Shown piece by piece: positions 25,254 to 33,692 of a DNA stretch of 34,728 bases (its first letter is position 1; each line of letters starts with the position of its first letter). The notes beneath the pieces are model-generated. The model was given only the letters and a program-made list of their open reading frames with translations, made no database searches and had not been told where the DNA came from. The translations under genes and the position numbers were made by a program. The DNA comes from a virus (taxonomy: Duplodnaviria > Caudoviricetes). The stretch spans positions 1-34,728 of the IMG/VR virus record IMGVR_UViG_3300011336_000071. One strand, 5' to 3'.

Positions 25254-27469
25254 TACTGTGCCATTCCTTGAAAGGTTGATGGGGGCATCATCGGCGGCAT
25301 CGGGGGCTGCTGCTGCTGCTCAATAAACTGAGCCGCCTGCTGCTGGGCCAGCGCTGCCTGCTGACGAATTGCTTCACGATCAATATTCTGAGCCGCATCG
25401 ATCTCAGCCGTACTGATCTGTGAGTTGTACTTTAACTCAATTTCATACTTTTTGAGATACAGATCTTGGGCCATCTGGTCACGCTTCAAATCGTCATCCA
25501 TCATCATTTGCTGGCGCTTTAGCTCAAGTTCTGCCGCCTTCTTCTGGATGTCGGCCTTGATGGACTCGGCCTGCACCTGCGCCAGCAACTCTTCCGGCGT
25601 GGCCTTGGGGGCTGGTGGTGGTGGCGGCACATAGTCGGCAGGGATGTCATTGAAGTAGCTGGACGCATCCTTGAACCCAGACAACTCCACGATCTTGCGC
25701 AGGGTATTGGAAAACTGCTGCGGCGTGACCAATGGGTTTTGAACACCGAGATCTTTCAAGACCTGCTCTTGCTTGGCCATGATCATCATCAGACCCTGCA
25801 AACGCTCGTTGGTGTCGCCGTTGCCCAGACCGATGTTGATGCTGGCGTCCATGCTAGTTTCCCAATGGCTTGGGTCAATCGTCACAAACTCGTTGCGCAT
25901 ACGCACGATCCGAGCCTTGTCTTGGTGCGTGACCACCAAAAACAAAATGCCCTTGAAGAGCTTCTTCATCCCCTCGGCCAGAATGCGTGCCGTCAATTCA
26001 ATCCGGCTCTGGCTGGCCGACACTGTGGCGGCCACCGCCGCCTTGGTGCTTGACTGCAATGCGTCAGCGTTCAGGCCCATCGCCGCCTTGCTCATGCCGG
26101 TGCGGTCTTCACGGATTTGATCCATGTATTCCAACATTGGAAATGCGGCCTGACCGACAAATGGGGTGGACATGGCCTGCACCATCCCAGGCGCACGCAT
26201 GCGGATAATCGCGCCGGTTTCGTTGTTTAGCACATCGTCAATGTTGACCTGTCCCTCAACAATCGCCGTGCGCGGGTGGATTGACTGAGCCAAGCTGTCC
26301 AGCGTGTTTCTAAGGATTTCCGACTTAATCTCTTGCAAGTCATGCGTGATGTCAAAAATTGACATCGCTTCCAAGGGGGAAGTGTGCGGCTCTGGGTCGC
26401 AGGGGAAGTCAGCAAACGGAATGTAGCTGGCCGGCAGGTTGCGCACCACCTTGTAGCCGCTGCCCATGCAGCAGACCTTGCGCAACTCTGGCAGGCCATC
26501 GCCGTCATAGTCAACTCGGGAATATGCCTCAATGTACAAAACCCGTTGCATCATCGGATTGGCTGCATTCTCGCCAAAGGTGGTACTCAGTGGTTGCCGC
26601 GCCAGATACTCGTCATTGCTGTCCAAGTCGCTGCTGGAGATATTCTCGTCAATCTCGTCTTGGTCGTAGCCCATCGCCAGCAGGTCGGCCACTGTGGCCA
26701 TCTGCCTGTGGGCAATGATGGTGGCGTCATCAAAAGACCGAGCGCGTCTGTCAAGCAGCAACTCTTCTGGCGGCACGGCCATCACAGTGATGCGGCCATC
26801 CTTGGTGACGCGCTTGACCTGCACATCGTGCAGCATTGGCGCCGGCATCGTCACCGGCTGGCCCGTCATCGGGTCGATGGTGGTCATCTGCATCTCGTCA
26901 ATGTCTGGGTCTGGGTAAGAAACCACAATCTTGACTTGTGCGTCAGGCTCTTGCATCACCATTTGCAGGGTCTGCTCATCCAAGCCGGTGTAATCGTCAA
27001 TCTGGACTTTCTCGTCATCAGTCCAGTAGAACTTGGCAATGCCGCACTTCCTAACCAGCGCATCCTTGAAAATGGCGTAGGTGGTCAAGAATCCGTTGTT
27101 GTCGTTTTGGTAAATGTAATTAACATAGTCGGTGGCCTGCTGCGCAGACTTCACATCTTCTGGCCCCCGAGGCACAAACTCAACCACATTCTCGGTAGAG
27201 AAAAACACCTTCATCAGGCTGGGCAGCATGGCGCTCACAGTGTCGCGCACCTCCATCGCCACCACCTTGCTGTTGCCCTCGACCTCGTTGCCGAACAGGT
27301 CGCCTCGGTAGTACTCAGTCCCCCGCGCACGGGTGGGAGACAGGTCGCTGTCCACATAGCTGATGGCATCCGTCAGGTCTTGCGTGATGATCGCTTGCAG
27401 TTCCGCATCGTCCATCGGGGTCTGGGCTGCAATGTCGGTGGATAAATTGTCGGTAATGTTTTCAATCAT
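25253..27469 (-). CDS. Portal protein (SU10/P22-like)
   Basis: 738 aa; EYYRG, VRDTV..MLPSLMKVF, FKDALVRKCG and VPPEE; Gln-rich barrel-like C-terminus. Confidence 0.92.
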   Translation of the reverse strand: MIENITDNLSTDIAAQTPMDDAELQAIITQDLTDAISYVDSDLSPTRARGTEYYRGDLFGNEVEGNSKVVAMEVRDTVSAMLPSLMKVFFSTENVVEFVPRGPEDVKSAQQATDYVNYIYQNDNNGFLTTYAIFKDALVRKCGIAKFYWTDDEKVQIDDYTGLDEQTLQMVMQEPDAQVKIVVSYPDPDIDEMQMTTIDPMTGQPVTMPAPMLHDVQVKRVTKDGRITVMAVPPEELLLDRRARSFDDATIIAHRQMATVADLLAMGYDQDEIDENISSSDLDSNDEYLARQPLSTTFGENAANPMMQRVLYIEAYSRVDYDGDGLPELRKVCCMGSGYKVVRNLPASYIPFADFPCDPEPHTSPLEAMSIFDITHDLQEIKSEILRNTLDSLAQSIHPRTAIVEGQVNIDDVLNNETGAIIRMRAPGMVQAMSTPFVGQAAFPMLEYMDQIREDRTGMSKAAMGLNADALQSSTKAAVAATVSASQSRIELTARILAEGMKKLFKGILFLVVTHQDKARIVRMRNEFVTIDPSHWETSMDASINIGLGNGDTNERLQGLMMIMAKQEQVLKDLGVQNPLVTPQQFSNTLRKIVELSGFKDASSYFNDIPADYVPPPPPAPKATPEELLAQVQAESIKADIQKKAAELELKRQQMMMDDDLKRDQMAQDLYLKKYEIELKYNSQISTAEIDAAQNIDREAIRQQAALAQQQAAQFIEQQQQPPMPPMMPPSTFQGMAQ

Positions 27470-27984
27470 GGCTTGACCTTAGTTAGAACCACAAACATGG
27501 AGTCCACAGCCCTCGGGGTGCGGATAATTTGGTCTTGTGGCAATTCTAGTGCTTCTCCCAGCTTTGAGAGCCTCATTTCCAGCATGGTCAACTCAAACCT
27601 GTCTGGCCAGCCTAAGTACCAGTGCCAGTCGGTGTAATAGCGCCAAGAGTTCTCGTTGAATGCCCTAACATGGGTTGGATCTTGCCACGCGCCAAGGCTC
27701 AACTCGTATGGCACATGAATCCGCATCTCCCCGCCTACCTTCAGCAATTCCTTGCAATTGGTCATGGCAGTAACCAGATCTGGCAAATGCTCCAAGATGT
27801 CATTGGCCAAAATCACATCAAACATGCCGCGCTCAATTGTCAGTAGCCCCTTGCGGGTCTTGAGCACTTCACCCCAATTGACTTTTGTAATGTCCAGCAG
27901 CCAATCTGGCTTGACCCTTGCCTGAATATCTGCATTCACGCAATCCTCACGCCAGTCCTTGCCAGAGCCTAGATTAAGAATCAA
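27466..27984 (-). CDS. Class I SAM-dependent methyltransferase
   Basis: LNLGSG, NADI, ANDILEHL, LKVGG and AWQDPTHVR; probable TTG start at 27984. Confidence 0.85.
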   Translation of the reverse strand: MILNLGSGKDWREDCVNADIQARVKPDWLLDITKVNWGEVLKTRKGLLTIERGMFDVILANDILEHLPDLVTAMTNCKELLKVGGEMRIHVPYELSLGAWQDPTHVRAFNENSWRYYTDWHWYLGWPDRFELTMLEMRLSKLGEALELPQDQIIRTPRAVDSMFVVLTKVKP

Positions 27985-28669
27985 ACCATGCCTTTGCGTA
28001 AGTTGGACGATTTTCTTTGAGCCACGGCAGCGCATCGTTGTGCAGTTTGTTGCCGTCAAAGCCAATTGTGTTGCTGCCGATGTGGTGGACATAGCTGGCA
28101 CTCACAAAATGCGAGTAGCCTTTTTCAATCAGATCCCTACAATGCACATCGTCACTGTACCAATTCAGAGGGGGAAACTTTGCCTCTTCAAATGCATCGC
28201 TTGAGATCCACGCAAAGATGGGACTGATCTCACCGACCATCTTGATGTGGGCCTCGGACGGGAATTTAAAGAAACTCAAGCGCTCCCCAGGCTGGCAGAT
28301 ACGCACATTTTGACCAGACCGCGCTGCATCAGTCCTTGACGCCACCCAGCCGGCCTTCACGCTGTGCATGGTCTTGATGATGGCCACATCCTCAAGCAGC
28401 ACCTTCACGCTGGTCGGGGTTAACACGATGTCATCGTTGGCCACGATGCATGATGACCAATCCTTGAGTGCCGCTTCGATCACCTCGTTGTAGTCATCGC
28501 CAAAGTTCCTTGGCTGGCCGTAGATCTTGTGGTCAGCCTCAAAGTTCTCAAGCACTGACTCTGGCCCTCGCAGATAGACCGGACACTCTGGCGCGTATTG
28601 CTTAATCGACTCCAGCAGCACCGCCAGCCCATGCCCCTTGACTGTGGCAATGACAATCGGACAGATCAT
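27974..28669 (-). CDS. Glycosyltransferase family 2-like protein
   Basis: IVIAT, NFGDDYN, IVANDDIVL, WYSDD and YVHHIGS. Confidence 0.75.
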   Translation of the reverse strand: MICPIVIATVKGHGLAVLLESIKQYAPECPVYLRGPESVLENFEADHKIYGQPRNFGDDYNEVIEAALKDWSSCIVANDDIVLTPTSVKVLLEDVAIIKTMHSVKAGWVASRTDAARSGQNVRICQPGERLSFFKFPSEAHIKMVGEISPIFAWISSDAFEEAKFPPLNWYSDDVHCRDLIEKGYSHFVSASYVHHIGSNTIGFDGNKLHNDALPWLKENRPTYAKAWFDS

Positions 28670-28962
28670 TTCTTGGCTTTGTTTCGGGCTGAAATGCTGG
28701 CCGCCTTACTTTTGGCATCGGCCTTAGAGCTTGCACCCCATGCTTTTAGACTCAACAGCAGCCGAGTCGGCTTGCCGTCTTTGTACTCAGGGCCATCATT
28801 GCCGGCCATCCGCGCCAAGAAACTTGCACGCCTCGGGTTGTCGCCTGCCTTGACTGGCGGCTTGATGTCTTGGCCGGCAGCTTTGAGACTGGCGCGGCCC
28901 TTAGCATTCAAGCCGCCGGATGGGTTTTTACCCTCCTTGCGCTGCCAAGCTGGGGTCTTCAT
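28666..28962 (-). CDS. Small basic protein (DUF6321-like)
   Basis: PAWQRKEGKNPSGGLNAKGRAS...RRASFLARM. Confidence 0.75.
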   Translation of the reverse strand: MKTPAWQRKEGKNPSGGLNAKGRASLKAAGQDIKPPVKAGDNPRRASFLARMAGNDGPEYKDGKPTRLLLSLKAWGASSKADAKSKAASISARNKAKK

Positions 28963-29192
28963 CTAAACCCCGCTGTTTTTTTGGCCACTGCCTTGGGCTG
29001 CTTTACGAATTGTTTCCCCGCAGCTTTGCCAGCACGCTTTGCGCGTGTTGTCGCAGCGTACTCAGCAGGGCTGAGACTTTTGATAGCAGATTCTGGCAAA
29101 TATCGCTCACCAGTGACAGAAGATTTTTTACCACTTTTCGTTCTCCAGTTTTGATCGCCCCAGTTTTTCAGGGATTGCTGTGGTGCTTTCAT
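28959..29192 (-). CDS. Small basic protein
   Basis: QQSLKNWGDQNWRTKSG...ERYLP; ATGA-coupled. Confidence 0.75.
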   Translation of the reverse strand: MKAPQQSLKNWGDQNWRTKSGKKSSVTGERYLPESAIKSLSPAEYAATTRAKRAGKAAGKQFVKQPKAVAKKTAGFR

Positions 29193-29386
29193 TTGTAGCC
29201 CCCGCCTTTTTCCTTGTAACTCTTGGCCAAAAGCTGCGCCTTCCTGGCTGACCACTGCCCTGCCGCCGTACCCTGCACCGCCCGACGCTTGATTGACTCA
29301 AACAAGGCTTTGCGCATGGTTGGCTTGGTGTAGTTGCCAGCAGCGTTGACTGTTGACTTGGGTTTGGCAGGCTTGGCGGCTTTCAT
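29189..29386 (-). CDS. Small basic protein (DUF5872-like)
   Basis: NYTKP.MR...GQWSARKAQLLAKSYKEKGGGY. Confidence 0.75.
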   Translation of the reverse strand: MKAAKPAKPKSTVNAAGNYTKPTMRKALFESIKRRAVQGTAAGQWSARKAQLLAKSYKEKGGGYK

Positions 29387-29901
29387 TTCTTTGCGCCAAT
29401 CTTGATGACCAGCATCGGCTTGCCGCCCATGTCCTCACCCTCCATCGAGCTATTCTCACCGCCCTCATAGTCTTCATCCTCATCACTCTCAGTCACCCAA
29501 GCATCGCAGGTGCGGCTGGCCGCGCACTTGAAGTCAAAGATCTCGCAGTAGCCCAGATCGGCTTTTTCAATAAACTCCTCGGCGTCACCTTCAGAGCCAA
29601 TGCCCTTTTCAATGCAGTCGAGCATTGATTCCTCTTGATTAAAAGCCGCGCAGTTACCGCACCGGCTCATCTTGGCGTCTTCAATGTCCACCTCCCACTC
29701 GTCTGCCTTTTTCTTCCAAAAAGCAGTATTAGGCAGGTCTGGATTCTCAGGGCCGTAGTTGGCGCTGTTGATCGCCTTGGCCCGATTCTTCAGATTGAGC
29801 GTGATGTCTTGCGTTGGCATGGGGCAGTTCTCGCCTGCACCCATGTCCTCGCCCTCTTCCTTGTCCATGACTTGGCTCATGGTCCGCTGTAGCGTGGCCA
29901 T
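29383..29901 (-). CDS. Acidic Cys-rich protein
   Basis: YGPENP, CGNCAAF and GYCEIFDFKCAASRTCDAW. Confidence 0.75.
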   Translation of the reverse strand: MATLQRTMSQVMDKEEGEDMGAGENCPMPTQDITLNLKNRAKAINSANYGPENPDLPNTAFWKKKADEWEVDIEDAKMSRCGNCAAFNQEESMLDCIEKGIGSEGDAEEFIEKADLGYCEIFDFKCAASRTCDAWVTESDEDEDYEGGENSSMEGEDMGGKPMLVIKIGAKK

Positions 29902-30092
29902 TATTTTCTCGCCTTGTTCTTTGCCGTGCGCTGACCGCGCATGGGCAGCTTGGCCTCGGACATGGCAATAGCAATGGCCTGCTTGGGGTTGGTGACCGGC
30001 TTGCCGCTAGAAGTCAGCTTGCCCGACTTGAACTCGCCCATCACCTTGCCGACCTTCTTTTGTCCTTTGGTCATCATCATGGTTTTCCCCAT
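29901..30092 (-). CDS. Small basic protein (DUF6496-like)
   Basis: KKVGKVMGEFKSGKL.S...V.NPKQAIAIAMSEA. Confidence 0.75.
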   Translation of the reverse strand: MGKTMMMTKGQKKVGKVMGEFKSGKLTSSGKPVTNPKQAIAIAMSEAKLPMRGQRTAKNKARK

Positions 30093-30110
30093 TTAGTTGC
30101 AAATGCCCAA

Positions 30111-31520
30111 TTATGCAGTTCTGGATAGGTTGCGGCGTAAGGGTTGACTCCATTTGCTGCTGGCCGCTGACCCAAACATCCCCGCCACGGCATCGCTGGC
30201 AAAGGTCAAAACAAAGGCGTCGGCCTTGTCCGGACTTGGCAAACCCCGCTTTTTGATCTCGTCCTTGCCCTCAATCGCAATTTTGCCACTTGATGTGAAG
30301 GTGTAGCGCACTGTCGCCAACTCGCTGATCAGCACCTCATCCTTGGGCAGTTTGCAGTCCCGCGCCTCTAGCCACGCCTTGGCCTTGTACCAAAGCTCGG
30401 CCTTCAGGTTGCGGTAAGTCCCGCCCATCGCTGGGCTTTCGCTCACATTAATGCCCCGCGCCGGCAGACCCAACTCCCGCAGCCGGTCAACCACCCCAGC
30501 CCCCAAACCGATGCTGTCCACCAGTATTTCCCTTGGCTGCTCACTTGGCGCCAGCGCATTGAACTCGGCCACCACCGCCCCCGTCAACTGCATCAAGTCC
30601 AGATTCTTCCAAGTGCGGATGCTCTCGGTGACCACATTGCCCTGCCGCTTGCACAGCGCTGACCTGTCCGAGCCAAACCGCGCCACATCCAGCCCCCAGA
30701 CCATCGGCGCCGTTTTGCTGGCCGCCACATCCCTGTGCAGCGCACTCTCCAGCAGATCCATCGGGATCACTGTATCGTCATCACCCCGTGGGAATTCCCC
30801 GATCACCCTGATCCGGTAGACATTGCTTTCTTCGCCGTAGCGCATGGCCATCTCTTTGACATACTCATCACTCACCCGCGGCGAGTCGGTGCATGCCACC
30901 TGAAAGGTTGTCCACTCGCCGGCCAGCCTTGTGTGCGTGTCGTAGAAAAACCCGCTGCTTCTGACCGGATTGCCCAGCAGCAGGGTCACAGCGTTGTGGC
31001 CAGACATCGATCCAGCCGCAGCTTCAAAAACTTGCTCTGGCACACCAGACGCCTCATCGGCCACCAGCATCACATACTCAGAGTGAATGCCCTGCAAAGC
31101 CTCGGGCTGTTCGGCCCGTGATGTCCTGGCCGAAATAAACATCTCAGTCGGCGCAGCGTTGAACTCGATCCTCTCCTGCTTGACAGTCAGCAGACTCTGC
31201 AATGGCGCAGGCATCGCGTTGATCCAGCGCTTCAACTCGGCAAACATAGCGTCATACAACTGGCTGCTGGTCGGCGCGGTGACCACCACCTTGACAGGTG
31301 ATCTGGTCATAAAGTACCAAAGCATGGCCCATGAGCTTGCCGTAGATTTCCCCACCCCGTGGCCAGATCGCACGCTGATCTTTCGATCCCCTCGGGCAAT
31401 TGCCCCCAAAAAACGCTCTTGCCACGGGTCTGGGTCTACACCCAGCACCTCCTTGACAAACAGCACGGGGTCGTTGTGATACCTAGCAACCCACTCGGCA
31501 AAGACATTGTTTTTGATCAT
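30111..31520 (-). CDS. terL: Terminase large subunit
   Basis: PDPWQ, Walker A SGHGVGKS, Walker B LVADEASG, LLGNP, nuclease GLDVARFGSD and SPDKADA. Confidence 0.95.
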   Translation of the reverse strand: MIKNNVFAEWVARYHNDPVLFVKEVLGVDPDPWQERFLGAIARGDRKISVRSGHGVGKSTASSWAMLWYFMTRSPVKVVVTAPTSSQLYDAMFAELKRWINAMPAPLQSLLTVKQERIEFNAAPTEMFISARTSRAEQPEALQGIHSEYVMLVADEASGVPEQVFEAAAGSMSGHNAVTLLLGNPVRSSGFFYDTHTRLAGEWTTFQVACTDSPRVSDEYVKEMAMRYGEESNVYRIRVIGEFPRGDDDTVIPMDLLESALHRDVAASKTAPMVWGLDVARFGSDRSALCKRQGNVVTESIRTWKNLDLMQLTGAVVAEFNALAPSEQPREILVDSIGLGAGVVDRLRELGLPARGINVSESPAMGGTYRNLKAELWYKAKAWLEARDCKLPKDEVLISELATVRYTFTSSGKIAIEGKDEIKKRGLPSPDKADAFVLTFASDAVAGMFGSAASSKWSQPLRRNLSRTA

Positions 31521-31714
31521 GTGGACTCTAACCCATTGTCAAAGGCCCACTTGTTCGGGTCGATCTGCTCTGGCTGTGCCAAGGCTTCTTTAATTGAGGC
31601 GATGGTGTCATCCCAATCGTGGCCCATCTTGTCTGGGCAATAATTCTTTTGAACGCAATACGCGGCATCTTCCAGCGCCTCCAGCGCCAGCTTCAGTGCT
31701 TCGTCTTTAGTCAT
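31517..31714 (-). CDS. Hypothetical protein
   Basis: MTKDEALKLALEALE...IKEALAQPEQ; ATGA-coupled to terL. Confidence 0.7.
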   Translation of the reverse strand: MTKDEALKLALEALEDAAYCVQKNYCPDKMGHDWDDTIASIKEALAQPEQIDPNKWAFDNGLEST

Positions 31715-32150
31715 GCTTGTCCCCTTGCTCGGATTGCGGCGGCGAGAATAACACTCACAAAGTCGTAATCTGGGCCAGAGTAGCCATCACACACCTTTGC
31801 ACACGCCTCACGCTCTTCCTTCTGTCCATGATGTCTGCCTCTTGGTGTGCAAGGCCGTACACAGGTGTTGTACTCTTCGCAGCAAACCAGCGGCTGTCCT
31901 CTTGCTCGAATGTCTGCAATTTCGCGCACACAGTCTTCAAAAGGGTCTTCGCCACGCATGGCCCATCCTTTCTTGGCTGCTTCGGCCACCATCGCTTCAC
32001 GCTCCTCCTCCGCCCCAAGTTGTTTCAACTTGTCGCACAGCACGTGAAAGCCAAGAACATTGAAGTCACCGTCCCAGCCTTTTACTTTGCAGACTTGCAG
32101 CAAATCGCGTTTGATTTCATCTTGTGTCATGCTTGTCCCCTTGCTCGGAT
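31710..32150. repeat. 25-bp perfect direct repeat at gene junctions
   Basis: GTCATGCTTGTCCCCTTGCTCGGAT at 31710-31734 and 32126-32150; degenerate copy at 31895-31911. Confidence 0.9.
31711..32130 (-). CDS. Hypothetical protein with two EREA...IRARGQ modules
   Basis: ATGA-coupled; internal duplication of the module. Confidence 0.7.
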   Translation of the reverse strand: MTQDEIKRDLLQVCKVKGWDGDFNVLGFHVLCDKLKQLGAEEEREAMVAEAAKKGWAMRGEDPFEDCVREIADIRARGQPLVCCEEYNTCVRPCTPRGRHHGQKEEREACAKVCDGYSGPDYDFVSVILAAAIRARGQA

Positions 32151-32357
32151 GACTTTGCCTACACCAAAATTTGTACCTTCACACCCCTCTATGTATTCGT
32201 CAGCCAGCTTCGCACACGCCTCACGCTCTGCTGCTGCGACAAGGAAAGCAAAAGATTTAAGTTCTTCCGAAGTCACCGTCCAGAAACCGTTGCGGAATGC
32301 TGGCTCGACACCGGGCGTCTCAAATGCTTTCCCTGCCATTTCAATGATTGTTTTCAT
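32127..32357 (-). CDS. Hypothetical protein (EREACAK...IRARGQA family)
   Basis: MKTIIEMA...FAFLVAAAEREACAKL...IRARGQA. Confidence 0.7.
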   Translation of the reverse strand: MKTIIEMAGKAFETPGVEPAFRNGFWTVTSEELKSFAFLVAAAEREACAKLADEYIEGCEGTNFGVGKVIRARGQA

Positions 32358-32560
32358 GCGTCCACCCATTTCTGTTCAATGCTGCACCACACCACACGCT
32401 CGCCTTCAATGATGCAGTACCCGCCCACAACATCGTCAAGCTGCCCACCAAGGCGGTAATAGCTGTCCTCACCGAAGGCCATGAGTTTCTCACCAGCAGC
32501 AAGCTGCACAGTGATAGTGCGTACCCCGTCCTTGCGGGTGTAGTCTTTGGTGACTTTCAT
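32354..32560 (-). CDS. Hypothetical protein
   Basis: Strong RBS AAGGAG; ATGA-coupled at both ends. Confidence 0.65.
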   Translation of the reverse strand: MKVTKDYTRKDGVRTITVQLAAGEKLMAFGEDSYYRLGGQLDDVVGGYCIIEGERVVWCSIEQKWVDA

Positions 32561-32838
32561 GTGTTCTTCTCCTTCAAAGCCCGTTCCACAGCCTCCATGA
32601 ACACCAGCCAGTCGGCAGACATGGCCCCGCACTCAAGCGCAATAGCCTCGCGCTCCCACTCGGTCAGGCCGACCCATTGCCGGTTTGAGGAATGCTTTTG
32701 AGGAATCTGAGGAATGGCTTGGGTAATGGCTTGGTGTTCAGGCAACACCCGTATCCGGTCAAACATTGCCTTGCCCTTGTCGTAGAAGTCGTGGTTTCTT
32801 CCGGTGATGTAGCTTTTTTTCATATCAGCAAACTCCAT
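32557..32838 (-). CDS. Hypothetical protein (WVGLT...LKEKNT family)
   Basis: QWVGLTEWE...VERALKEKNT; probable start MEFADMK. Confidence 0.65.
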   Translation of the reverse strand: MEFADMKKSYITGRNHDFYDKGKAMFDRIRVLPEHQAITQAIPQIPQKHSSNRQWVGLTEWEREAIALECGAMSADWLVFMEAVERALKEKNT

Positions 32839-33083
32839 ATCCAAACGCCAGTAAAAAACAGACCAAGGCAGATCACTGCCAGCACTGTAAAAATAGACCA
32901 AAGCATGAACGCTCCAATCCTGTGCCATGTTTCCGGCACTGGGTCTATGTCGGCGGGTACTGACGGATACGGCTTGACCTTGCGCGTCTCTGGCTCCAAC
33001 TCTGCCGTGGTGAAGTGGCAGTCCATGCCGCAAGTCGGCTGGCGGGGGCATTCCCGATAACCCGTGTCGCACATCCTGGTCAT
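32820..33083 (-). CDS. Small Cys-containing membrane protein
   Basis: Four N-terminal Cys; long hydrophobic C-terminus. Confidence 0.6.
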   Translation of the reverse strand: MTRMCDTGYRECPRQPTCGMDCHFTTAELEPETRKVKPYPSVPADIDPVPETWHRIGAFMLWSIFTVLAVICLGLFFTGVWIWSLLI

Positions 33084-33286
33084 GCTGCCTCCTCTGTCTT
33101 GCCCAAGTACGCCTTTAAGCGCTTGACTCGTTGCTTGTTGTAAGTCACCAAAGCTGTCGCGTACTCGACCCCAGACTCAGCTTGCAGCAGCGCATGCTCC
33201 GCATGCATCAACTCATGCGCCACGGCCTGCGCCGGCGTCACTGTCTTGAGCATCAACCTCAATTCAGTCCACAGATATTTCCACAT
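33080..33286 (-). CDS. Hypothetical coiled-coil protein
   Basis: LLQAESGVEYA.ALV.YN.QRVKRL; RBS GGGAG. Confidence 0.7.
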   Translation of the reverse strand: MWKYLWTELRLMLKTVTPAQAVAHELMHAEHALLQAESGVEYATALVTYNKQRVKRLKAYLGKTEEAA

Positions 33287-33459
33287 TATCGTTTCTCCCT
33301 TTTAATAATTCGACTAATTGTCATATGACTTACTTTAAATCTAATCGCTATCTCTTTTTTAGTTATTCCTTGATCGAATAACTTTAATACTCTGCTGACA
33401 GATATATTGGCTCTGGGTCTGCCAGCGCCCTTTCTTTTGCCGCCATGACCGCTGGTCAT
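33286..33459 (-). CDS. Stand-alone Hin/resolvase-type HTH protein (57 aa)
   Basis: MTSGHGGKRKGAGRPRANISVSRVLKLFDQGITKKEIAIRFKVSHMTISRIIKREKR; ATGA and TAATG coupling. Not in the ORF track. Confidence 0.75.
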   Translation of the reverse strand: MTSGHGGKRKGAGRPRANISVSRVLKLFDQGITKKEIAIRFKVSHMTISRIIKREKR

Positions 33460-33692
33460 TTATATCTATCCTCTTTAATCGCAATCTCAATTACTTCTTT
33501 CATGTCATCACTGATTAACTCGAATATATCAGCGCCATTTACCCAGACCTCCACCAGATATACCTGTTCAGGGATAGCCGGCTCAATAACTACCCCCGCC
33601 TCTTTAACTTCAGGCTCTGCCGGCTCCCACTCGTACCAGCATTCCAGTGGCTGGCGGCATAATCCCGTCACATGTTCATGCATCAACTTCAT
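33456..33692 (-). CDS. Small acidic hypothetical protein
   Basis: 78 aa, Glu-rich; RBS GGAG; ATGA-coupled. Confidence 0.7.
   Translation of the reverse strand: MKLMHEHVTGLCRQPLECWYEWEPAEPEVKEAGVVIEPAIPEQVYLVEVWVNGADIFELISDDMKEVIEIAIKEDRYK

Noticed and set aside
26384-27445. 353-aa plus-strand ORF and many other antisense ORFs (e.g. 23058-23729, 13299-13937, 31717-32412)
   Set aside because: Shadow frames of GC-rich, clearly identifiable minus-strand genes; no recognisable motifs.
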